Of a stretch of DNA of 64,000 nt, positions 24,803-38,400 are shown piece after piece. Both the position numbers and the translations under genes were made by a program. The stretch is taken from NCBI GenBank assembly GCA_964187785.1, contig OZ076409.1, positions 37,326,001 through 37,390,000 on the forward strand, read 5' to 3'. Each line of letters begins with the position of its first letter. The stretch's first letter is position 1. Source of the DNA: Amphiscolops sp. MND2022. Its lineage: Eukaryota. The notes beneath the pieces are model-generated. The model ran no database searches and was not told where the DNA came from. It saw only the letters and a list, made by a program, of their open reading frames with translations.

Positions 24803-26201
24803 ACGAGAACAGTTAGGCATCTTCAAAAGAAGGAACAAACAGCTTGATGACCTGAAACTTTATACACTTCAAACTTTCCCTTCTTTTGTTTTATGTTGCT
24901 TCGACTTTCACTTCGCAATTTGGAATTGCCATGTAAAATTCTTAGATTTTTTAATTTAACGGTTACAGCTTAACAAGTGCCTAAACAATGATGTTTTCAC
25001 TTTCTGTTGACATGAATGACTTTATTTAGTCACAAACTTTCAATTTAGAATGGTTTAATACTATTTCTGAGGTAATGTTGTGAACAGATTGTCATTGACA
25101 CATTACTGTGGAAGTTTAATGTTGATAAGTATACGTCACCATGCAGTAATCCGAGTGACGTATATGCGTCATCCTGTGGATTTGCGCTTATAACATGTAT
25201 TTTTGGTGCTTTTAATGAGAGTTGATTATGCGTCACTATGCGGAAAACTGGATGACGTATGTGCGGCATCCTACAATCTTCCAGGGGCTCGTTGCTTTCG
25301 TATAGTTAGATAATTGGAAGTCATGCAATCACCATTTGTAAGTTATAAATAGAATTACGTCACTCTGACGTTAGTTTATTCATAGCATTTTTGAATTACT
25401 GACAACCCTAAAATTGAGTGTCATGCTTTATGATTTTTTCATTTGTAAAAGTGCAGTTTACTTCAGATGAAATATAACTGGTACCAGAGACAGTTGCTTC
25501 ATAACAGTAAACCCAAAAACTGTAAAAGCAGTTTCCTTGATAACTCTTTGTTTCACCGGGATTGTTTTCACAACATTGACGAATAAATTCAAAGTCTTTC
25601 TGCACTTTAACCCAATTTTCCTCTCGAGCAAGATGGGAAATAGAAGAAATCGAAGGTCCAGAAGGTTAGAAACTCCGTCCCCGGAGAGAGAAACAAGCGA
25701 AGTACGCATAGAAACTCCAAGTCAAGGTAATGAAACTTTAACTAATGTTAAATTACAAAGTCAAGAAAGTTTAGGTGAAACTGATTTGAGACCCAGATTA
25801 GTTGAACCCAGCCAAATCAGCAATGAAATTCAAGCTTGGACCGAGATTTTCGAACAGAAAAACAATGATAGAATCACTAAAATGAGAGAAGAAATGGAGA
25901 ACAAATTAGAGGCGATTCTGATGGAGATAAAAAGTAGTAAGAGCACATCTATGACAACTAATCCTAGATCTGAGATGAACGAAATAGAAAATATGCAACC
26001 ATCGGGATCCGGGGGTAAAAGGTCTATGGGAGTAAACGCATCTGATAATGAAAATATAGACTCTGAAAACGAAGATATCCCCCCTCAAAGCCTCAGAATT
26101 GAGAGATTTAAGGCATCCCGCTAAACCCATACACCAAAATGATACAACATTAGATGCAACAATTATCTTTAACGAAGAATCTGATGAGGAGGATTATCAC
26201 A
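24756..26201 (+). repeat. 3' LTR of element A (1446 bp), carrying a copy of the Gag N-terminal ORF
   Basis: Direct repeat of 6871-8309, followed by TSD GTACC. Confidence 0.96.
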
Positions 26202-26589
26202 GTACCCTTGTCAAGATCCAAGATCATGGCAAATCATGATACATGGAACACTTGTCAAGATCATTGCAAGGGTTGGCAAGATCTTGACAAGATAACCATG
26301 GTTTGTCATGGTTCTTACCAATGATAACATGTCAAAAATTCGATTAGACTATTTCCAGTTATTCAATTGAATATCGGTTGGCGTTTTTACGGAAAAAAGA
26401 CGTTAGTAGTGATTTTTCTTCCACCCTCACACAAGCTGTCCACTTTTAATTTGTTCAGGTTCATAGCTTCCTGGAGTAAGTCTAAAATGCATTCACTCTG
26501 CTTTTTCGTCGTTCACAATGCTACACGGCACCATAGGGTCCCCTCTATGATTCATGTTATTGTTTTCAGTTTGGGAAAAGCATTTGCTA

Positions 26590-27360
26590 CCCAGGTTGTA
26601 ACGCCATGGTCCGCCATCCATGATTCACCCATGATTTATGGCTCGCCATGGCATGCCCCATGACATGGGCAATGTATGGAAATCCATGAATCATGGATGA
26701 ATCATGGATGGAAATCCATGTGCCATAGCTGAAAAAAATTGAAACGGGCCGTTCCGATAGCCAAAACTGCCTTCAAAAAAGATGGATATGGTCCTATTTT
26801 TGACCACTCTCCATTACTTGAGCTTAAACAAAATGAAGTTAGAAGCATAATGTCGGGCATTCACTTCAACTGAAAGCAAAGCATTCAGTAATTGAAAAAC
26901 TCCTTTATTCTGGGTTGGAGGCTCTCTGCTAGTGATTTATAATATAAATATACCACACGTGACAGGACTCACGACGAGTCCCAAAAATTCCGTCAAAAAC
27001 CATCCCCAAAACCATCAAAAACCCACCTAATGCTAACGAAAATCTTACCTATCTCGCAGCTTCAGGATACGCGGTGCCGAAAAGCGTCCTTAATGCTATC
27101 CCATTAAGGGCCATTAAGGTAACCCTCAGAAACAAGAGACAGAATTAAGAGACAAAAACTGACACAGTAAGAGAAAATGTTCGACTTTGAACGAAATTTT
27201 CTACATGGCTCATCATGGATGAATCATGGGTCAAAGTCATGGATGATGATGGGCCCTGCCATGAGTCATCCATGATTTTCCATGAAAGTAGAAGTAATGG
27301 GTCGAAAAATCCATAATCATGGATGATTTTCCATGAACAGGCAATGACAGACAACCTGGG
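26590..27360. mobile_element. MITE with CCCAGGTTGT TIRs, TA flanks and CATG-rich subterminal repeats
   Basis: TA|CCCAGGTTGT ... ACAACCTGGG|TA. Confidence 0.8.
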
Positions 27361-27759
27361 TAGGTCCGTTAGCTGTTTCAAACTATAGTCGCTCTCAATT
27401 GGAGTCAGCTCTCAAAAATGGACCGACTTTTTTATTTGACTGAGAAAAATAAGAATAAGAAACGCATATCTTGTCCTGTACCATTCTCTCAACAACAGCA
27501 GTTTATGAAAATAGGCTATACAGCAAAATACAGAGATTTTCGACGTTCCGGTAAAATACAGTGTTTTCAGATCTCATTGTACCAAAATACAGTGATTTTA
27601 GGCCTAATTCTAGTATAATAGTGTTTTTAGATCTTTTTCCACCAGTCTCCAAATCTGGGCCATTTTTATCTAGAAATCATGACAATCTAACCAAAATTTC
27701 ATAAAATCCTATCCAGCGGCTTCCGGAAACGCGGTGCCGAAAAGCGTCCTTAATGCTAC

Positions 27760-28882
27760 TGTCATGCCCGCCAAGCATGAAGGAATTAAACGAACCCTAA
27801 AATATTAATTCATACATCAAACTCACTAAGATACAGATCATCATGAAAATACATTGCAGTAATTTATTCCCCGAACAATACAGTTGAAAATATAACAACT
27901 GGATCTAACAGTCATCAATACTAAATTCATTCGTGTTATTGTGCATCGTTTAGAAACCAAGACTGAAATATTCAGTCATCATAATGATTCTCACATGTAA
28001 GACTGGAACAATCAGTCATCAGATATCGTGATAGTTCATCATTTAATCATTCTTCATCCATTTTTTATATTACATGTAGAGTATTACCAGAATACTCGAT
28101 CATTCATAACAACAACATTTCATTCATTTAAATCAGCAATTTGTACAACGCCATATAGTAATTAACCTCCAAACGATAATTGAATCAGTCACCATGATGA
28201 TAAGGATACACGGTAGTAAAGCCTCAGTTTAAGAGGTAATTGAGACAATTGCGTGCTAAAATGACTGGTGATTGCGGTCATACTAGATCAAACATGAATA
28301 ATTAAACGCCGATTATCACCCGCCACGACTGTAACCACCAGTCGTCAAGTGCAATTAAATAGCAATTAGTAAATCGAATGTCATTGGCTAAAAGGAAAGT
28401 TGCTAACACACTTTTATAGTTACACAATCGGGTAAAACCGAACTCACTCACGAGTTGTAACTATTGATAGAACAAGTTGCCTACTACCTTGCTTACAAGT
28501 TATCAATCCTTATCATAACATTAACGCATTTCAATTCAACTAAAAACTTCCAGACTTTTCATGGTAACTACTAGATCTCAAAGTAGCCAAAATAGACAAG
28601 TAGAAACTGAAAATATGGACAGATCAAGCGATAATGAAAGCGAATCCAGTTTCCCTGATCTCTTATCCAGAGACCAAATCGTAGACCTTGACTCTGACGA
28701 CGTATTAACTAGACATCAAAATAGTAATAATTATAGCATTGATCAACGATTTAACGAGATAAATAGACAAATCGGAGACCTTACCAACATAGTCCTTACG
28801 TTAACCAATCAGTTTGCCTCCGTTAATGGAGAAGGGAACAGACTGAACACAGCGACTACAAGTGCTAACAGTCGTTCCGACA
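27760..28882 (+). mobile_element. Solo LTR (1123 bp) of a third family of the same lineage; encodes a Gag N-terminus-like ORF (MVTTRSQ...) from 28561
   Basis: TGTCA...GACA with perfect TSD GCTAC (27755-27759 and 28883-28887); an empty-site paralog of the target lies at ~27069-27127. Confidence 0.88.
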
Positions 28883-28939
28883 GCTACACGGGTCATTAAG
28901 GTAACCCTGTGATAGAAGGTTTGTTTACAGTTCTAATGT

Positions 28940-29165
28940 ACTAAATTGTGACACGCGTGCAAATTTCACGCCCCAACGATGATTTCGAATTTTTCACTTC
29001 TTGATTTTCTTGATAAGAATCTTAACCAAAAATCTTTTCAAGAATTTCAAGATTTTTTAACGGTCAAGAATAATTCAAGATCTTATCACGGGTTTCAAGA
29101 GGTAACGGGAATTTGCAGGAAAATCCAATATCTTGGAAAGAATTTCAAGATATTTTACACTCGGT
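28940..29165. repeat. Partial copy of the CCCAGT/CCGAGT-TIR MITE family (see 62789-63486)
   Basis: Reverse complement of ~62789-63000; ends TATTTTACACTCGG|TA. Confidence 0.7.
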
Positions 29166-29934
29166 AGGCTATCAACTTTGTCTCGAAAGTGTTTGTGTAA
29201 GATTTAGCCGATAGCTTTAACAACGCTTTGAAGATTGCTCCACTATCACTTAATTAAACCCGTAGGTACCAATCACGAGACAAAATACGGCGGAGTATCC
29301 GCATAAATTTTTTTCAACTCCGAAAAAAAAGTAAGATAAATTTAATCGAAGGCAGTTTGTGTAGTTGCCAATATTTTTAGCTTCATTTGGGGGTTGTTTC
29401 CGCAATGCAGAGGTGTTAGGACTTTCTCTAGATAGAAGGAAAGCGGTTATTCTAGTTAATTTACAAACTTCAAATGAGCAATACAGTTAATAGTTGAACA
29501 AAAGATATCACATTCATGAATAATGGAAAAAATGCACGAACATATTCGTAGGTAACACAAATAACTGCACGACTCATACTCAAACAAATACTTAACAACC
29601 GTTTTAGCAATGTAACCGACGAATGGGTTGAGAGATACGCGCTTAGTTTCGATTGTAGATTCAAATAAGTCGCCGTAATTTCCCTAACGTTCTTGGAGTG
29701 AGAGCAATTGAATCCCAACGACGGACGCGAAGTATTTGTCCCGCACGCACGATTGGAACGCGAGGGGTTCCCAACAACAGCCTTGCAGTACCTGGCCTCT
29801 CATCACGCACGGTTCAGCCACTGATTTGTAGGGTTGAGATTCTAACGTCTCAGAGTCCGCGATTCATTCCCCACGATCAAGATGATAACAGTTCCGTAAA
29901 TGGGGCGGCCTAACTTGTTGGTTTTTTAGGGAAA

Positions 29935-32146
29935 TGTCACGACCCGCTCCCGGTCGTGGGTGTGAATGGTGTTTTGCACTTGGTCGTGGAAGAGGTCGCG
30001 GCTACTGCAAGTATCATTAAACTAAACTGCTTAAAACTAATGTAATTCTACTTACAGTACAGCTAAAACCACTTGTAGATAATCTCCCAAAACAAAGTCT
30101 AACGTAAGCGTTACAGAAGATTTTCAGAAATGACTCTAAACTAGCTAAAACTTCCGATCTAATGTTTTCACACGCAACACCGTTTTATTTCCGGTTTTGT
30201 CTTCTGAGTTTTCCATTCCAATCTAAATACTAAATAATTTTGCAGACGGGATCATTTTGGCGCTCCACACTAAGATGAAAACACAGAAACAACGTTTAAC
30301 TCTGAGATCTCAACGGAGTCCATAAGATCTAAAATGAAAGAGCATACAAAAACAGAGCGGAAATGTATTCCAATATTAAAATAGTTGTTAAATATCTACT
30401 TAAAATCGCAGTCAAGTGATTTTAAGTATATGTTTAGAACGTTATGACAGCGTCACTCAACTAGGCTAGTAACGGGTGTTTCTATTTTTACGGACCAATA
30501 GCGTCGCTTGCCACCGGAATTATATGAGCTCGTACCAATAGAATTACGCTTGGTTGCCCCTAGCAACGCTTACTAGCTAAGAAAAGAGAATAGAATCGCC
30601 TACGCTCTCCGTTTTCACTCCGCTTGCTACTGCTGCTCAGCTATAAGCAATCTTAATACGTACGTAGCATCTACGGAGCAGATTGTAGAATTGTATTCCG
30701 CTCTTCAGCTATAAGCAATCTTAATACATACGGAGCATTTACGGAGCAACTTAAGAAATTGTAACTAAGAAATACTGCAATGAATGAATTCTTTGAAAGA
30801 TTTTTTCTGAATCGATGCACCTTAAAAAATCTTAAGATTAAGTTTACATAAAGAATAGTTGTACTGTGAGATAGGATTATAAAGTGAACGTAACACTCGC
30901 GTTGCTTTGAAGTTTGTATAAGTTTTGATATGATGCAGTAATACTCATTCCAGTAATCTCTCCTATTTCTTTTCTATTCTTGCCCAAACCTCCCCCGGGT
31001 GCTATGATGTTGTATTTTTATACGTCTTCTTAGACCTTTGAGTCTGAATACTTTGTGTGCTAACTGCTAAACAAGTTTTGGCAAACGGACCATTTCCGTG
31101 GCATTTAGTTGATGCTAAAAATCAAATGTTTTGTCTTGTGTTCCAATGCATGTAAAGTTCGTAATAATTTGCCATTCTCTAGGCAATTCGTTTCTGAAAG
31201 GCTTCTCAGCATCACTTTGTTCTTCATTTTGATCTCCCAAGTGTTTCTGGCTCTAAAATATTTACATCCATCATAATTCCGTCGCTATTTTTGAGTGTCA
31301 TTCTTTTACTCCGAATTTCAACTTTCAAGTTAGGAAGCTGACTAATTGATCACGCCGTCGTGCCTGCGTCGATGAAAATGAAAGCTAGACATTTGTTTTG
31401 CCGCAATTTTGAAGCTTAAACAGGAAATGGATCGCCTGAACGAAAATGATTTCACCAAAATTTTACGGAACACTGACGCAACTAGTAATTTTGATACCTG
31501 ATTTTATGACGCGGGACTGAAATAATATGAATCATTAGCGCATTTTGTTGAACAAAACCGATTTTTGTGATACCTAGGAATTTTAGGTGAGGAACAAATG
31601 ATGCTGGAAAGGTATAAATATGTAAAACATACATGTAAATCAGTTAGTTTTTTGACCTGCTTTGTAACAACTAGTTCTGTTCCGTTTTCATAACGTGTTC
31701 AAAAGAAAACTTAAATATTTGAAGAATTCAACTTTTCCAAAGATACTATCTCTCTCTCTCGATCGAAATGACAACTAGAAGCCAGAAAGGGAAAGCTGTA
31801 GCCGAGTTAGTCTCCGGTGATTTCGAAACCTCTGTAACCGAAAACTTTCCACCTGAAACCCTTGTAGCTAGTTCTAGCAAGATTCCTAGGATAGAACCAG
31901 AGGGTTTGGCTGAGATAAAAACGTCTCTAAGGAAAGATATTATGTCTGATCTAACTAGAATACTTGCAGAAAACCAAAAAGAAATGCTTAAACTGATAGC
32001 ACCTTTAAACAAGAAACAAACTGTTCACACGAACGTCCAAGACTCAGACTCCGAACCAGAGAATCTTTCCGTAGCAAGGACGTCTACCCCCATCAATACT
32101 CATAATGCGACTAGCTCTAAAACAATACCGGTAAATAGTCGTAACA
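29935..32146 (+). mobile_element. Solo LTR (2212 bp) of a subfamily of element C
   Basis: TGTCACGACCCGCTCCCGGTCG...AATAGTCGTAACA; near-identical to the C LTRs in the middle; flanks GGAAA and AGGAA are not a clean TSD. Confidence 0.9.
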
Positions 32147-32292
32147 AGGAATATTTACCAGTCAAATTGAGGGCAAAGTTGAACAGGCGAGCGAGCCCAA
32201 GCTATAGTCTTGAAGTCCCGGTCTTCTCATATACTTTTGAAGATCCGGCGCCTTAGGCAAAAATTTTGAAATCCTGGACTTCTCATATCAAC

Positions 32293-34507
32293 TGTCACGA
32301 CCCGCTCCCGGTCGTATTTTTACTTGCTGCTCTGGAATACCAGGACTCGGCAGAGGACATGGACAAGGGCAGAGTAAACATTTTTAAACTTTGTTAAACT
32401 AATCAAAATTCTACTTACAGTACAGTTAAATAAGTGCGAATAATTTTCCAAATACGGAATTCAACGTAAGCGGTACGGAGGATTTTCAGAAATGACTCTA
32501 AACTAGCTAAAACTTCCGATCTAATGTTTTCACACGCAACACCGTTTCATTTCCGGTTTTGTCTTCTGAGTTTTCCATTTCAATCTACATACTAAATAAT
32601 TTTGCAAACGGGATCATTTTGGCGCTCCACACTAAGATGAAAACACAGAAACAACGTTTAACTCCGAGATCTCAACGGAGTCCATAAGATCTAAAATGAA
32701 AGAGCATACAAAAACAGAGCGGAAATGTATTCCAATATTAAAATAGCTGTTAAATATCTACTTAAAATCGCAGTCAAGTGATTTTAAGTATATGTTTAGA
32801 ACGTTATGACAGCGTCACTCAACTAGGCTAGTAACGGGTGTTTCTATTTTTACGGACCAATAGCGTCGCTTGCCACCGGAATTATATGAGCTCGTACCAA
32901 TAGAATTACGCTTGGTTGCCCCTAGCAACGCTTACTAGCTAAGAAAAGAGAATAGAATCGCCTACGCTCTCCGTTTTCACTCCGCTTGCTACTGCTGCTC
33001 AGCTATAAGCAATCTTAATACGTACGTAGCATCTACGGAGCAGATTGTAAAATTGTATTCCGCTCTTCAGCTATAAGCAATCTTAATACATACGGAGCAT
33101 TTACGGAGCAACTTAAGAAATTGCAACTAAGAAATACTGCAATGAATGAATTCCTTGAAAGATCTTTTCTGAATCGGTGCACCTTAAAAAGTCTTAAGAT
33201 TAAGTTTACATAAAGAATAGTTGTACTGTGAGATTATAAAGTGGATTATAAAGTGAACGTAACACTCGCGTTACTTTGAAGTTTGTATAAGTTTTGATAC
33301 GATGCAGTAATAATCATTCCAGTAATCTCTCCTATTTCTTTTCTATTCTTGCCCAATCCTCCCCCGGATGCTATGATGTTGTATTTTTATATGTCTTCTT
33401 AGACCTTTGAGTCTGAATACCTTGTGTGCTAACTGCTAAACAAGTTTTGGCAAACGAACCATTTCCGTGGCATTTAGTTGATGCTAAAAATCAAATGTTT
33501 TGTCTTGTGTTCCAATGCATGTAAAGTTCGTAATAATTTGCCATTCTATAGGCAATTCGTTTCTGAAAGGCTTCTCAGCATCACTTTGTTCTTCATTTTG
33601 AACCTCCAAGTGTTTCTGGCTCTAAAATATTTACATCCGTCATAATTCCGTCGCTATTTTTGAGTGTCATTCTTTTACTCCGAATTTCAACTTTCAAGTT
33701 AAGAAGCTGACTAATTGATCACGCCTGCGTCGATGAAAATGAAAGCTAGACATTTGTTTTGCCGCAATTTTGAAGCTTAAACAGGAAATGGATCGCCTGA
33801 ACGAAAATGATTTCAACAAAATTTTACGGAACACTGACGCAACTAGGAATTTTGATACCTGATTTTATGACGCGGGACTGAAATAATATGAATCATTAGC
33901 GCTTTTTGTTGAACAAAACCGATTTTTGTGATACCTAGGAATTTTTAGGTGAGGAACAAATGATGCTGGGAAGGTATAAATATGTAAAACATACATGTAA
34001 ATCAGTTAGTTTTTTGACCTACTTTGTAACAACTAGTTCTGTTCCGTTTTCATAACGTGTTCAAAAGAAAACTTAAATCTTTGAAGAATTCAACTTTTCC
34101 AAAGATACAATCTCTCTCTCTCTCTAAAATGACTACTAGAAGCCAGAAGAGGAAAGCCGTAGCTGAGTTAGTGTCAGGAGATTTTGAAGCTTCTTTAGCT
34201 GAGAACAATTCTACTGAAAACCTAATAGCTAGTTCCAGTAAAAACCCTAGACTTGAGCTCGAAAACTTGGAGGAGATAAAGACAACTCTGAGAAAAGAGA
34301 TCATGTCTGATTTAACGAAAATACTCGCTGAAAATCAAAAGGAAATGTTCAAACTAATAGCACCTTTGAACAAGAAACAAACTGTCCACTTGAATGTTCA
34401 AGACTCTGACTCTGAACCTGAGAATGTTTCCGTAACAAGGACGTCTACCCCCGTCAAAACTCATACTGCGACTAACTCTAAAACAACACCGGTAAATAGT
34501 CGTAACA
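32293..34507 (+). repeat. 5' LTR of element C (2215 bp)
   Basis: TG...CA direct repeat; TATA-like GGTATAAATA at ~33973. Confidence 0.96.
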
Positions 34508-35406
34508 TGGTGACAGGAGTCCTCAATGACTCTACCAACCAACCCACGAAAAGATCAAAACAACAACGCGCATCCAACGAGCAAACAAAAGACCGTCCTT
34601 CAACATCTAAAATACTGTTCGCGCCACAACCGCAAACATTTCCAGCTACCAACCTACTTCCGATGCCGAAAGCACTGCTTCGCTTCCAGTCTTCGATGGT
34701 AAGTCCGAAAAGTTTGAACTTTTTGAGGACCTATTCCGAAATAATATCAAAATGTACCCTCACCTAACTGAGATACAAAAGATCAACTACTTCCATTCAC
34801 TCCTACGAGGAAACGTGAATTTTGACCCCACTAAACAGAAACTCCATGAGTCCTTGACGCCCTGCAAAAACAGCAAAAGAAGCATTCGGTTCAGAAGCAC
34901 AAAGTTTCATTGATAAAGCAATCTACGCCAAAATGCCGGATCACGTCAAGAAGATCCTCAACAGAGCGTATTTGGCAGATAAACCCTACAATGACATAGT
35001 GTTGCATCTTGAGAGGGAAATGAGGTTAAACGGACTAGGTGCGCCCGACGAAACAACCCTAGTCCCACTCAACACAGTGGACGCCGTAGTGACGGACAAT
35101 AAAAAAGACCAACAACAACGAGGCCATTGCTTTCACTGTGGCAAATATGGCCACTATAAAGCACAGTGTCGCATACTCCAACGTGAGCGTTACAATATCG
35201 CCAAAACAACCACAAAAGACCCAGCCCAAAACGAAGCACCCAAACCCAAGTGTGATACATGTGGCAAGATGCACAAAACTGAGAACTGCTGGAACGGAGC
35301 CAATGCGGCAAATGACCCCAGAAAGAAGAAACGAGAATTCACCATTCCAACCAACAAAATCAGCGAACAACCTGTACCCACACTGTCCTCCCAGCCAAAA
35401 AACTGA
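34129..35406 (+). pseudogene. gag: Gag of element C, starting inside the LTR; internal deletions; two Zn knuckles
   Basis: MTTRSQKRK... through RNMVTGVLN; AKMPDHVKKILNRAYL (compare A AKMPPHLKKSINQAYL); CFHCGKYGHYKAQC, CDTCGKMHKTENC. Confidence 0.9.
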
Positions 35407-38400
35407 AATCGCCGCGCCTACGATTTGGGAAAAAGTAGACGCGAGGGCGTGCACGATAGAGGACCCCCAAACAGGTATGAGGAAGATTTTTTACCCGAAT
35501 GTAATGAAGAACCAACTCAAGACTGGCAACGCCGTTCGAACGTAGGCATGATACTCAGGCATAACGCCAGACACCCAGACGATCCAACGCCACTACCCCA
35601 GTGGATAACAGAGTCACCCGATAACTATGCGACACTCAAAAGACCGTTGCCGGAATCAAAAACAGACCGAATTTATATATATGACAGAGACTACAGATGT
35701 GACCCTTGGGATGAACCAACTATCTATGACACAAATAAACTGTCCTTCAAAATCCAAGTCTCAAACCCTCAGGCTCAATCTACGGGGATTACAAACCTAC
35801 CATCACCACCGTCACCGATCCTGAAAAGAACAACACCATCCCCAACAGTACCCGTCACCATCACGTCCACACCAATAGACGCAGAGAACATCATCTGCAT
35901 TGAAGATAAAACAATATGGGCACAACAGGAAAGAAGAAAACGAGAGAATGCCGACCCCCAGTAACCCCTCCAAAAACCGCGCCCGTCACGGCACTGACGC
36001 ATGACGACGTAGAAATCACGGAATGTCCCTCAAAACTGCCCGAAGATCTAGATGCCATCAAAGAATTCATCCAACATGACAAAGACGACGACTTCATTCC
36101 GTTAATGTCTGCCATCGCTCTCAAGAAGACAAAACGAATGCTTTTTCTACCAGTTGAATTCAACACAGTCAAAATCGACGCTCTAGTCGACTCAGGTGCG
36201 TACATTAACGCTATTAGTGAAAGGGACGCTGAAAAACTCCGACAGCACGCTACCCCCACCCCCTTTCAAAGTGCAGTATGCCAATGCTGAATTAGAACAA
36301 CAACCACTTGCCACGTACACCCTACGTTTCAAAATAGGGGATTACACCTTTGAAGAAACATTCATCATCATGAATCAAACGTCTTTCCCCATAATCGGAT
36401 TAGCGTTCCTACGTAAACACGCCGCAATCCTCGACACGGCGCAAGGAACCATCGACTTCCCTAAAATCCAAATCACGATGGCGCTCACAGATGAAAGACA
36501 AAAATGCAATCCCAAGCCCATCACAATAAAGACCGAAGCCAAGCATACAATTCCAGCACACGCTACCCGAATCATCTACGCAACAATCCCTGTGAGTATT
36601 GAACACTCAATAACTGGCACAATACAACCTTTACCACAAATTGACGAATGCGCGAAGGTAATAGTGGCCCCAGCAATTACCACAGCCAGAGACAAAAAGG
36701 TACCAATTAAAATCGCCAATACCACGGATTTCCCATACACAATAGCTACTGACACCAAAATAGCCGAACTACAGATCCTAAAACCCGAAGAAACGAAGAT
36801 GATCCGTCCAGTCGACATAGCCGCCCTCAATCTCCTCACTGACCATGACGATGTGGTCACGTACATCAATGCACTAATGCAAGTAGAACGGCCCGAAGAC
36901 AATGAAGAGAAATTCTGGTTTCCGACTCCAGAACACCCAGGCAACGAACAAGAACATTCACCCATACAAAAGCGAATCTTGAAAGAACTGCGAGACCTTG
37001 CCGGACTAGAAAAACTTGACCCAATCGAAAACAAAGAGTCTCGCAACAAATTCTTATCCATGTTTAAATGGACCGATTCACTGATTGCGGGCAAAGACCG
37101 TGAAAACCTCGAGGACACCATCGTAGAATTCAACGACATCTTCGCCCGACACCGGCTAGACATCGGGATGAACACACAATTCAAAGTCAGCCTAACACCA
37201 CAAGACGACAAACCAGTCTACACACAAAGCCTACCCGTTCCCATTAACCTCAAAGAAGACCTAACTGTGGAACTGGCCCTCATGCACCGATACGGTATCA
37301 TCACGACACTCCCCTTCTCCAAGTATGCCAGTCCTATATTTGCACAACGGAAACCCAACGGCAAGCTGAGACTGCTGGTGGATCTGCGCAAAATCAACGC
37401 ACTCATAGCAGATGACTACATCAACAACAACCACCCTGTCAGCACCCTCTCAGATGCGGCACAACACCTAGCAGGGAAAAAACTATTTTGCAAGCTCGAC
37501 TGCTCCCAGGCGTACCACTGCCTCCAAATTGCAGATCAAAGGTCAGTAGAATTACTTGCTTTCAATTTTGCTAGTAGGACGTTCGCCTACCGTCGCCTGG
37601 CACAAGGACTAAGCAGAGCTCTATCAGCTTTTTCGAGCTTTATGCGTGAGTATCTGGATTCTGTCATCAAAGCAGACCAATGCGCACAATACGTAGATGA
37701 CATTGGCATCGCTGCAAATACAACGGAACAGCTCATAAAGAACATCAGAGCAGTCTTCAAATGCATTAAAAAGGCAGGACTAAAACTAACCATCGAAAAA
37801 TGTCACTTTCGAGTAACACAAATCGAATTTCTTGGCCGAACCATCACCCCTGACGGAGTAGCCCCGCAAGATCAAAAAGTCAAAAATTTCCTCTCCAAAG
37901 TCCGCTTCCCCAAATCCAAAAAACAAGTTCAAAAATACATTGGCTTTGTTAACTATTGCCGCAATTACACCGCGCTTGTCAGCAAAACTCATCGGCATGT
38001 ACGAACTTCTCAAAGCAGACTCCAAGATCAGAATTTCAGAAGAACTTGTCGATAACTTTAAGGAAATTAACGCCAGTTTAGCGGAAGCTTGTGGACTTGC
38101 ACTCCGACAGCCCATAACAGGCAAACAGTACGTCCTAATGACGGATGCAAGCTTTCGTGCATCAGGCTACGCCCTCATGATTGAGGAGAACGACGAACGC
38201 AAAATACTCTCCAAACGAAAAACCTTCGCACCAGTAGCGTTCGGATAACGAGTTTTTTCACCTGCACAACTGAAAATGTCCATCTACTGCAAGGAATTCT
38301 TAGCAATCTACCATGCCTTCCTTGAACACAGCCACATACTATGGAAAACAACAATCCCAACGCTGGTCTTAACAGACAACCGCTCAGTAACTAGATTCTT

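Larger units (their letters stand above)
6871..26201 (+). mobile_element. Ty3/Gypsy LTR retrotransposon A (~15.7 kb without nested B), degenerate, with accessory genes
   Basis: Paired TG...CA LTRs, 5-bp TSD GTACC (6866-6870 and 26202-26206), PBS TGGTGACAGG, domain order gag-PR-RT-RH-IN. Confidence 0.97.

Noticed and set aside
29935..34507. Solo LTR and the C 5' LTR as the two LTRs of one mini-element
   Set aside because: No PBS after 32146, the coding ends differ, and C has its own perfect TCAAC TSD.
36576..37211. Long antisense ORFs overlapping pol or gag (also 10991-11614, 16647-17216, 52000-52386)
   Set aside because: Shadow frames of codon-biased coding sequence with no recognisable motifs.
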